A stretch of 16,721 bases of DNA from the NCBI GenBank assembly GCA_002104945.1, contig MCFH01000209.1:1-16721 (forward strand). Reading direction: 5' to 3'. Made by a program: the position numbers and the translations under genes. Below the pieces are notes generated by a model. It did not search any database. It had not been told where the DNA came from and saw only the letters and a list, made by a program, of their open reading frames with translations. Positions 8,001 to 16,721 of the stretch are shown here, in pieces (position 1 is the stretch's first letter; the number at the start of each line of letters is the position of its first letter). The stretch is from Piromyces finnis finn (Eukaryota; Fungi; Neocallimastigomycota).

Positions 8001-8234
8001 TCTATTAAAGATATAATTGAAATTTCAGGATTTAGAACTAATTATAAATTAAAACAATATGAATATAAAATCAGATATAAATATAGTTCTAAATACCACT
8101 GGGTTCCTTCTAGCGAAGTCGAAGACAATCCCAGAAATCAAAAGATTTATTTATTATATTTAGAAAATAAAAGAAAACCGGTTTCTATTGCGTATAACAA
8201 AAAATTTATAAATAATATAATTAATTTAAAATAA
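8001..8234 (+). pseudogene. Divergent chromodomain-like segment in frame with the integrase, after a single TAA (nonsense mutation or readthrough)
   Basis: My translation from 8001 is SIKDIIEISGFRTNYKLKQYEYKIRYKYSSKYHWVPSSEVEDNPRNQKIYLLYLENKRKPVSIAYNKKFINNIINLK*. It fits the chromodomain pattern (I..I...R, Y.IRY for YLVKW, HWVP..EV for TWEP..NL) at the position expected in chromoviruses. Confidence 0.7.
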
Positions 8235-8715
8235 TAATTTTTCTTATTGCGATATAATTTTAAATAATAATAGTTAACATTTCCCAATTTTCAAAATTTT
8301 CAAAAATTTTATTTTTAATTTTTATTAATAAATTTATAATATTTATACACAAAATAAGCAATATAAAACATTTTTTCATCAAAAATAAGCAATTTTTTAA
8401 TTTTTGAAATTTTCAAAATTTCAACATTTCAATATAAATCAAAAAATTTTACAACGAAATTTATATTAATTTTTATATATTCTTAATCAGCGATATCGAT
8501 TTCCATAACAAAATTTTAATTTCATCAAAAAATTCAACAAAAAATTTTTTCGCAAAGTGCACATGGCCAATTGAATCTAAAAGGATTCAAGTGCCCTTTC
8601 GAAGTAATTACTTCTTCTCGAGAAAAATCAAAAATTTTCCAAAAATTTTTTCAAACCTTAAAAACCTTAAATTTTAATATTTAATACTTTGTAATTCGCC
8701 TGGAATGCGAATTTT

Positions 8716-8727
8716 AAAGGAGGGCGT
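8716..8727 (+). promoter_or_regulatory. Polypurine tract of the Ty3-like element
   Basis: AAAGGAGGGCGT directly before TGTCAAG, the start of the repeated LTR. Confidence 0.8.
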
Positions 8728-9435
8728 TGTCAAGAATAGAAGACGATTAAAAAATAAATTAAATATTCAAATAAACAATTTAAAAATCAAATTTATATTT
8801 CAAAAATTATAAAACACTTTTAAAAATAATTAAAAGATCACTTGAAAAAATTTAATATTGAAAAGGGTTAAGGATCACAAAAATTTAATTTTCAATAAAT
8901 TAACCCTTGAGAAGAAAATGTTATTATACGAAACCTAGTGATAACTTCTGAATCTCGTGTCCTATTTTCCTTTTCTAGAGACTTCAAACCAATTTTATTA
9001 GAAAGTACTAGTTGAGATCTATATTCTCACAAATTATCAGCTAATTTAGACCACTAGTTCTTGAGATATAGCTATTTAAAGAATTAATTAGTTCCAATTA
9101 ATATATAATAATATATATTAAAATGATTAATATTAATTTATATAATTAAAGTCATTATTCAAGTCATCCAACTTTCTATAAATAATTTAATTTAAAAATT
9201 CTCCATTATTATTAAATAAGGTTAGATAATAAATATTCTTGATTACAAACCTAATCAATTATAAAAATTAATTAATAAATTTTCAAATAATTTTGATTAA
9301 TAACCTCAATCATAATCAAACCAAAAAGCCTTTGGATCAAAAATCATTAGTTATAATTATTAATTAATTAATCATGAGAATATATAATTAGTATCAGTAA
9401 TTGTTATTCTCAATTTATAATATTAAATATTTACA
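8728..9435 (+). repeat. 3' LTR of the Ty3-like element (~708 bp, TGTCAA...TTTACA)
   Basis: Follows the PPT, has TG...CA termini with a 5/6 terminal inverted match, and is homologous along its length to 10853-11502. The right end could lie a few bp further because both copies continue with ATTTAA. Confidence 0.85.
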
Positions 9436-10038
9436 ATTTAAAATGGTTAAAACAATACTTTTATTTTAAAAGTAATTTAAAAGATTAATCTTAAGATCTA
9501 TCATATGAATTCATATTATTAATATCAATATCAATTATTAATACTTTAATTATTTTATTTTTATTATCAATATTAATATCAATATTAATATCAATGTAAT
9601 TTTATTATATGTAAGAAAAAAATATTTAAACAAAGAATTGAAATCAATTTTGAAATTCTTTGTAAGATTATTAATTATTAATTATTAACTATAATATAAC
9701 TTAATAAATATTATCTTAATAAATAATTAATTAATAATAAAAAAATATAATAACTTATTAATTGTATACAAAGTAAAAATTAATATTTAAAATATCAGGT
9801 ATACAAAAAAATATTATAATTGAAATAATAAAAATATTCAATGAAATATCATATAAAAAGTATATTAAAACTTATTATTAAAACATCGATATTTTAAAAA
9901 AATATTATAAATATCATTTATTTAAAATTGAAATATATTTATATATATAAAAGATTATAAATCATAAATATATTATACAATGCTTTCATTAAATAATATT
10001 TCATTATTTTTACAATATATGAAATATTATATTAATGC

Positions 10039-10196
<158 letters not shown>

Positions 10197-10852
10197 GCTT
10201 TACATTATAATTTGTAAGAATTAATATTAAATTAATATTTATTCTTATATAATTAAACATTAAATAGAAATTTAATGAATTTATTTAGTATATATTTATT
10301 TATTCATTAATATAATATAGTAAGTTTATTTAGTACATTAATTATTCATACACTAATTACATTATAAAATGTTTATTTAAAATATATTTATTTATTTATT
10401 TAAATAATATAGCAAATTTATTCAATATATTAGTTTTACGTACATTTAGATTAATTAATAATATTTATTTAGAGATTTGTGATTCATTCATTCATTTATT
10501 GGTAAAATTATTATACAAAATTTTCATATATTAAAACATTTTATTTTATTTTGTTTAATATATTAGAAATATCGGATATTAAGGTTTTTTCTTTATTAAG
10601 TTTTACTTAATATTACGATAATTAATATGTATAAAATATCAATCAAATTTCTTTTTAGGTTTTTCCTCTAATCTTTTCCTAAAAAGATATTTGTTAAAAT
10701 TAGAAATTAATTATTAAATTTTAAATTTTGATAAAATTATAAATAAGAGGACTTTTGGAGTTCACTAAAGAATCCAAAGTTATTATTATAATCATTACAA
10801 TATATGTAAGAAATAATAACTATTTAATGTATAATTAATATTTCTTAGTTAA

Positions 10853-11502
10853 TATCAAGAATAGAAGACGATTAATAAATAAATTAAATATTTAAATAAT
10901 AATTTAAAAATCAATTTTATATCTCAAAAATTATAAAATATTTTAAAAATAATTAAGAGTACTTTGAAAAAATTTAATATTGAAAAGGGTTAAAGATTAC
11001 AAAAATTTATTTTTCAATTTTTCAATACATTAATTTTGAGTAAAGAATGCATTATACAAAACTAGCGATAGCTTTTGAATCTCACGTCCTATATCCGTTT
11101 TCTAGGGACAGTCAAATTGGTTTTATTGGAGAGCAAGGGTTGGGATCTATATCCTCACAAATTTTCAGCTATTTTAGATCACTAGTTTTAAAGATATTGT
11201 TAATATTAATTTATATAATTAAAGTCATTATTCAAGTCATCCAACTTTCTATAAATAATTTAATTTAAAAATTCTCCATTATTATTAAATAAGGTTAGAT
11301 AATAAATAATCTTGATTTCAAACCTAATAAAAACTAATAATTTTTCAAATAATTTTGATTAATAACCTCAATCATAATCAAACCAAATAACCTTTTGATA
11401 AAAAAACCTTAGATTAGTAATAATTATTAATTAATTAATCATGAGAATATATAATTAGTATCAACAATTAGTATTCTCAATTTATAATATTATGCATTTA
11501 CA
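10853..11502 (+). mobile_element. Diverged solo-LTR-like copy of the Ty3 LTR (~650 bp)
   Basis: Starts TATCAAGAATAGAAGACGATTAA (vs TGTCAAGAATAGAAGACGATTAA) and shares blocks such as AAAGTCATTATTCAAGTCATCCAACTTTCTATAAATAA. It has many substitutions and lacks about 55-60 bp in the middle. No PPT precedes it and no clean TSD is visible. Confidence 0.85.
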
Positions 11503-11855
11503 ATTTAATATAGTACAAAGAAAGGTAAAAAAAAAATTATTTTTCAAAAATATTTTTAAATAGTTATATCATAACATTTTGAGTATTAAAAGAAATAATA
11601 ATTGAAGTGAATTATTTACTTTATAAGAAGTAAAAATTATAATAGTTGTATATGAAGAAAAAAAAATATCTTTTTTACATTTATCTTTTTCTTATTTAAT
11701 AAATAATAACAAAATTATTTTTATATCAATAAAATTTATAATTTTAATTTCTTTCCTTATTGTTACTTTTGATATATAATATAATAATAATAATATAATA
11801 ATAATAATAATAATAAAAAGTGTATTATTTTATTTATGTATATTATTTATATTAT

Positions 11856-14288
11856 TTACTTAATTAAATGAATTTGATAAAATTCAAATAATTCATGAAA
11901 ATTTTTATCATTTTGTGGATATCTTTGTTTAGAAAGAATAACAAGATTTAAAATGAGAGGTATCAAGGTATTATCTTTTTCAAGGATGGGTATTATTTTC
12001 AAAGAAGGAGACAATAAAATTTCTCTTGGTAATTTGAACAATAAAGAATGATCTAAATAGACACATCTCAATCTTGGCATATGCCATAAACTGTTGGGAA
12101 GTGCATGTAAAAATTTATTTTTTCGCAAATCTAATAGTTGCAAGTATTGGAGTATGAAAATATTTGGAGGAATTTCTAGTAATTGATTCTCACTTAAATT
12201 CAAGCTTCGTAGTGATCTATAATTGATGATGTCAAGCGGGAGTAACGTTAAATTCTTATTTTTCAAGTTTAACCAAACAACATTATAAAGATAATTTCCT
12301 AATTTTTTTTCTTCCTCTTCATATTTAAAATGATAATACATACCAGTTGTCATATCTCCCTTATGAATATAATGTTGAATAGATAATAATTCATCAAGAG
12401 AAATATATCTTAATTTCATTAAATTTCCCATTTCTTTTGGAAGTTCAGTTAATTTTATATTCACTCGAAGTGATAGCCTTTTTAAATTGGTTAAATTTCC
12501 CATTTCTTTTGGTAATTTGGATAAAGCATTATTATGAAGGTAAATTTCATTTAGATTTATCATATTACCAATCTCTCTTGGCAATTCAATCAATTCGTTA
12601 TAGGTGATGTCAAGTTTTTTTAAATTTGTTAAATTACCAATTTCACTTGGTAATTTAGTTAACCCATTGTTATTTATTAGAAGTGTATTTAAATTTGTTA
12701 AATTACCAACGTCATTCGGTAATTCTGTTAATTGATTATAAGAAATGTCTAGCTCTTTTAAATTTATTAAACAACCTATTTCCTTAGGTAATTTTTTTAA
12801 ATGAATATAGCTCATATTTAAGATCGTTAATGAGGTCAATGATCTAATTTCCTTCGGAAGTTCGTTTATATAATTAATGAATAAGGTTAATTCTATTAAT
12901 TTACTTAGATTTCCTATTTCAGCTGGTAATTCTGATAGCCTATTTTGATAAAGGAACAATTTTTTTAAATGGATTAAGTTCCCTATTTCTAGGGGAAGTC
13001 TATTTAATTGATTATAATCACACATAAGCACTTTTAAATTTATCAAATTACCAATTTCATTTGGTAACTCTATCAGCCTATTGCTATTTAAATTTAATTC
13101 AACCAACTTTTTTAGTTGGCCTATTTCTTTTGGTATTTTCTCTATCACATTGAAATTAATATTTATTTTAGTTAAATTGATTAAATTTCCTAATTCTTTT
13201 GGTAATAAAGTTAATTTATTCATTTGTAAGTATAACTTTGTTAATTGAACTAAATTTCCTATTTCTTTCGGAATTTCTACTATTTCATTATTACTAACAT
13301 CTAAAGTTTTTAAATTTATTATTTGTCCTATTTCTTTTGGTAAGCTCTCTAAAAAATTACTTTCAAGACTCAACATAATGAGTTGATGTAAATTTCCAAT
13401 TTCTTTTGGTAATTTTGATATATGATTTTTTTCTAATATTAATTCAGTTAAATGAGTTAAATTACCTATTTCTTTTGGAAGTGTTAAAAGTTTGTTTTGT
13501 TTTATATTTAATTTAACTAATTGAACTAAATAACCAATTTCTTTTGGTAATTCTGTCAATTCATTTTTTAAAAGATAAAATTCAGTTAGATGAACTAAAT
13601 TACCTATTTCTTTTGGCAATTCAATTAAGTTATTATTGGCTAGATTTAGTATTTTTAAATTTATTAGACTTCCTATATCTTTTGGTAAATCATTTAAAAG
13701 ATTATTTTGAAGTTTTAATTCGATTAAATATTTTAAATTATTTATTTCTTTTGGCAATCCCTTTAGATAATTGTAACAAATACTTAATTTTTTTAAATTA
13801 GTCAATTTTCCTATTTCTACAGGCAAATTACTTAATCTATTCTTATTTAGGTTTAATTCTGTTAAACTAGTCAAATTTCCAATTTCTATTGGTAATTCCG
13901 ATATTTTATTCTTTTCAAGATTTAGTTTTGTTAAACGAATCAATTTACATAGTTCTTTTGGTAATTCATATAATTGGTTTTGACAAAGATTTAATTCTAC
14001 TAAATTAATTAAATTTCTTATTTCTTTTATTAATTCTGTTAATTGTATTTGTTTCATTTCTAGTACCTGTAATGATGTTGCTTTTCTTAATAATAGTGCA
14101 AGATTATTTTCTAAATTTGCATTTTTGGTTTGCTTATATATAATTGTTAATTCTTTTAAATTGGAAAAGGAGAGTTCTTCCACAGGAATATTTTTGAACT
14201 TTTTCCAGTTGGTAACAATTTTTTTTCTATCATATTTATTCAAATTTAGAATTAATTGGGATAGGTTTAAATTCTTTTCGCTTTCCAT
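11856..14288 (-). CDS. Leucine-rich-repeat-only protein, 810 aa, about 28 LRRs of the 23-residue LPKEIGNL type
   Basis: Uninterrupted ORF with about 23-24 consecutive repeats (consensus LPKEIGNLTNLKELNLxxNxLTE), a non-LRR insert (SIQHYIHKGDMTTGMYYHFKYEEEEKKLGNYL) and about 4 further repeats. I see no signal peptide or catalytic domain. Confidence 0.93.
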   Translation of the reverse strand: MESEKNLNLSQLILNLNKYDRKKIVTNWKKFKNIPVEELSFSNLKELTIIYKQTKNANLENNLALLLRKATSLQVLEMKQIQLTELIKEIRNLINLVELNLCQNQLYELPKELCKLIRLTKLNLEKNKISELPIEIGNLTSLTELNLNKNRLSNLPVEIGKLTNLKKLSICYNYLKGLPKEINNLKYLIELKLQNNLLNDLPKDIGSLINLKILNLANNNLIELPKEIGNLVHLTEFYLLKNELTELPKEIGYLVQLVKLNIKQNKLLTLPKEIGNLTHLTELILEKNHISKLPKEIGNLHQLIMLSLESNFLESLPKEIGQIINLKTLDVSNNEIVEIPKEIGNLVQLTKLYLQMNKLTLLPKELGNLINLTKININFNVIEKIPKEIGQLKKLVELNLNSNRLIELPNEIGNLINLKVLMCDYNQLNRLPLEIGNLIHLKKLFLYQNRLSELPAEIGNLSKLIELTLFINYINELPKEIRSLTSLTILNMSYIHLKKLPKEIGCLINLKELDISYNQLTELPNDVGNLTNLNTLLINNNGLTKLPSEIGNLTNLKKLDITYNELIELPREIGNMINLNEIYLHNNALSKLPKEMGNLTNLKRLSLRVNIKLTELPKEMGNLMKLRYISLDELLSIQHYIHKGDMTTGMYYHFKYEEEEKKLGNYLYNVVWLNLKNKNLTLLPLDIINYRSLRSLNLSENQLLEIPPNIFILQYLQLLDLRKNKFLHALPNSLWHMPRLRCVYLDHSLLFKLPREILLSPSLKIIPILEKDNTLIPLILNLVILSKQRYPQNDKNFHELFEFYQIHLIK

Positions 14289-14578
14289 TAACTATTTATT
14301 TATTCTTTTTTAAGACTTGAAAGAGAATAAACACTATTTTTATTTATGTATTATTATTATTGTTGTTTCTGCTATTGCTGTTATTATATTTATTATTACA
14401 TTTACTATTATAATTGTTACAATGAATTCTTTAATTTTCTTTAATTTAAAAAAAAAGAAATTAATATAAAATTACTAATTAATAATTAATTGAAATTTTA
14501 AAATAATAGGCGTATAAAAACATTCTCTTTTTTAAAAAAAATAAAATATTATCACTCATATCTATTCATTTTTATCAA

Positions 14579-14581
<3 letters not shown>

Positions 14582-14628
<47 letters not shown>

Positions 14629-14647
14629 AAATAAATAAATAAATAAT
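14582..14647 (+). repeat. (AAAT)n microsatellite, 15 units with two AAT interruptions
   Basis: Read directly. It ends exactly at the TGTTAG start of the family 2 LTR. Confidence 0.95.
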
Positions 14648-14894
14648 TGTTAGAATACAAAGAATGAATTAAAGATTAAATAAGTGTCAACGAAATTAAA
14701 TATAATTGAAAGATATTTTAGATTATTTGAATGACTTAGTTGTTCTTTTAAACATTGTATTAAATTATTCATTGTTAAATACATAAGCCACTTTTAGTAT
14801 AAATAAGAGTAAATTTTCAAATATTTTGTAATATATAATCAATAATTACTTATTATTAATAAATATAAATAAACTTTATTTATAAAAACCAATA
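14648..14894 (+). repeat. 5' LTR of copia family 2 (~247 bp, TGTTAG...CCAATA)
   Basis: Same start hexamer, AATA end, AAGCCAC-N6-TATAAATA motif and abutting PBS as the family 1 LTR. Its partner LTR is outside the window, so the boundaries are set by analogy. Confidence 0.85.
14785..14805 (+). promoter_or_regulatory. LTR promoter motif AAGCCAC-N6-TATAAATA, family 2
   Basis: Conserved with family 1 in otherwise diverged LTRs. Confidence 0.6.
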
Positions 14895-14914
14895 GATTAA
14901 GAGTCTCAGCTCTA
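14895..14914 (+). promoter_or_regulatory. Primer-binding site complementary to the 5' half of tRNA-Lys(CUU)
   Basis: GATTAAGAGTCTCA followed by GCTCTA, the complement of tRNA positions 40-27 and 25-20 (TAGAGC), skipping position 26. Confidence 0.85.
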
Positions 14915-14928
14915 ATATTACCTGCGAC

Positions 14929-16721
14929 ATGTCTGCTGAAACCAAATTAAGAACCGAAGAAATTCTTAACAAGAACAACTTCGAGAACTGGAAATTCCTT
15001 ATCAATAACATCCTGAGAGCTACAAAATCATGAAGTACGCAAATGAAGATGTTATTGGAAATTTAAAGAAAAAATCTTGAACAAGAGAAGAAAAAATCAC
15101 CTTCTGAAAAAACACTCAAGACAATTAAGGACTTGGAAAAAGATATTGAAAAGGCGAAACTGAAGATGCATTAGCATGAACTATCATCAGTAACAATGTT
15201 AGTCAAGAGGCATTAAGTTACTTTAGATATCTTAAAACCGCTTACGATATTATGCAAAAATTGAAGGTCCTGTATAGAAAAAAGAAAATTGCTGATCCCA
15301 ACTACTGGTTGAAAAAATTATATTCTTTAAAAGCTAAGAATCTCACTGATTGCAAGGATATTATTAACCAGATCAATGAAATATTTTATGTGATGAACAG
15401 AAATAATATCCAACTTGGAACATGGGAAAAGATCAGAGTTTTATACTTGTCCTTTCCTAAAAATCTTAGAGAAAAAATCCATCCAAACGGAAATGAATCG
15501 GGTGAAGAAAAATCGGATGAATCAACTATATCATTAGTTATAGATTCACCAGATAATAAGACAATATGGACTTTTGATACTGGTGCTTCAGAGCACATTA
15601 CGAATAATAAAGATATATTAACCAATTTCGAAGAAGAAAAAGTCATTTTAAAATGTGCCAAACGGATCTACCTGTGAGTTTGATGGTTTTGGAACTTATG
15701 AAGGTAGCATCAATGGGTATGATATAAAATTAGAAAATGTACTTTACTCTAAAGACGTTAACAAAAACCTATTAAGTGGTATTAAACTTGTTAAAAATGG
15801 CATGGAATGCAGTTTAAAATCTAGAAAGGATAAAGTATTTCTCTCCTTAAAAGTAACAAAAAATAATAAAAGAACTGTTAACATAGGAACTTTCAAAGCA
15901 AATAAAAATAATATAATCAGAATCATATCTGAAAATAAAATAAAATCAGAAACATTTATTGATGCTATTTCCGATGAAGATTTTATAGATATCAATGATC
16001 AGTCAAAGTTGTTATGGCATAGATGACTTGGTCATTTTTTTCAAGAAAATTTAAACGAGTACTTAAGGTTACATAATGAAAAACCCATAAAATGTTTGGA
16101 GTGTAAAATTACTAAGCTAAATAGAAAAACACACAACAAGAAAACACCCAAAGCTAAATTCCCATTAGAAGTAATACATTCTGATGTGATAGGTCCTATA
16201 GTAAAATAATACACTGGAAAGACATATATTTTAACTTTTATTGATGAATTCTCAAGAAAAAGCTGAATATTTCTCTTAGAAAGAAAATCAGAAGTACCAA
16301 GAATAATCATAAATTTTTTAACTTATCTGAATAATCAATTTCATAACAATGTGAAAATATTCAGATCAGATCAAGGTACTGAATACAACAATAAGAAAGT
16401 ACTTAACTACTGCAAGAGCCATAGTATAGTAAAAACATTTTCACCACCCTCACAATCCACAAAACAACGGTGTTGCAGAACGTTTTAATTACACACTTGT
16501 AAGCTGTGAAAAAACGTTACTTAAATGGAGCAAAATGTCTACTGACTTCTGGGATTACGCTGTTAAGCATTCCAATATGTTATATATTATTACTCCACAC
16601 AAAGGCATACATAATAAAATTCCAAATGAAATATTTTATAGAAGAAAAGTTGAGTTAAAATATATAAAAGTATTTGGTTGCGTAGCACACTACAAAGATT
16701 TTGAGCAAAATATAATGAAAA
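14929..16721 (+). pseudogene. Disrupted copia Gag-Pol (Gag, protease, integrase part)
   Basis: ATG at 14929 (MSAETKLRTEEILNKNNFENWKFLINNIL), stop at 15031-15033; protease WTFDTGASEH; frameshift near 15660; WHR*LGHF (TGA 16024-16026); IHSDVIGP; KS*IF (TGA 16264-16266); RSDQGTEY; +1 frameshift near 16450 in SPPHNPQNNGVAERF; KVFGC. Confidence 0.92.

Larger units (their letters stand above)
6846..9435 (+). mobile_element. 3' portion of a Ty3/gypsy chromovirus-like LTR element (integrase-chromodomain, 3' UTR, PPT, LTR); 5' boundary unknown
   Basis: Ty3-type integrase ORF, in-frame chromodomain-like segment, PPT AAAGGAGGGCGT, then TGT...ACA LTR that recurs at 10853-11502. No gag, RT or matching 5' LTR is recognisable in the window. 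Confidence 0.85.
14648..16721 (+). mobile_element. Degenerate Ty1/copia element, family 2, running off the window end
   Basis: LTR, the same PBS core as family 1, then Gag, protease and integrase homology with stops and frameshifts. Confidence 0.93.

Noticed and set aside
6846-8234. Integrase as a Ginger-type DNA transposase or a domesticated host gene
   Set aside because: It is followed by a PPT and a TG...CA repeat present twice in the window, which indicates an LTR element. I found no terminal inverted repeats.
11047-11268. 73-aa ORF inside the second Ty3 LTR copy
   Set aside because: The homologous stretch of the first LTR copy is not open (ATG TTA TTA TAC GAA ACC TAG), so it is not conserved.
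13544-14313. Plus-strand ORFs of 85 and 62 aa within the LRR gene
   Set aside because: Antisense shadows of the repetitive LRR coding sequence.
11828-14350. 13-bp direct repeat TTTTATTTATGTA flanking the LRR ORF as a retrocopy TSD
   Set aside because: Low complexity, no poly(A) remnant, and the stop codon lies only about 15 bp from the repeat. Chance is a sufficient explanation.
14289-14430. Asn/Ser-rich triplet stretch upstream of the LRR ATG as an extra 5' exon
   Set aside because: There is an in-frame TAG just before the ATG and no supported start codon. An AAATAG acceptor-like site exists, but splicing cannot be shown without RNA data.
15386-16310. Minus-strand ORFs of 83-91 aa over the family 2 element
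   Set aside because: Antisense to recognisable protease and integrase coding sequence, with no independent motifs.
14929-16721. RIP-like hypermutation of the family 2 copy
   Set aside because: Only a couple of stops fit transitions (CGA or TGG to TGA), frameshifts are as common, and the multi-copy family 1 element is untouched.

Overview
Extremely AT-rich eukaryotic DNA dominated by LTR retrotransposons. The composition, the AAT/AAAT microsatellites and the LPKEIGNL-type LRR gene suggest an anaerobic gut fungus (Neocallimastigomycota), but this is inference only. The window holds: (1) an intact, very young Ty1/copia element at 1017-6208, with 274-bp LTRs differing at one base, an ATATT target-site duplication and a single 1532-aa Gag-Pol ORF; (2) the 3' part of a Ty3/gypsy chromovirus-like element, made of an integrase ORF with its own ATG and no RT/RNase H ahead of it, a chromodomain hidden behind an in-frame TAA, a PPT and a 708-bp LTR, with a diverged second copy of that LTR 1.4 kb downstream; (3) an uninterrupted 810-aa LRR-only ORF on the minus strand; (4) a decayed copia element of a second family from 14648 to the window end. 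The first 640 bp carry a ~140-nt inverted repeat and a ~15-bp-period minisatellite. Most notable: both copia families have LTRs ending in AATA rather than CA, followed directly by GATTAAGAGTCTCA. This is not a TGG-type PBS. It is complementary to the anticodon arm (positions 27-40) of tRNA-Lys(CUU), and each family adds a different short box matching the D-arm of that tRNA. This points to a half-tRNA-Lys-primed copia lineage.
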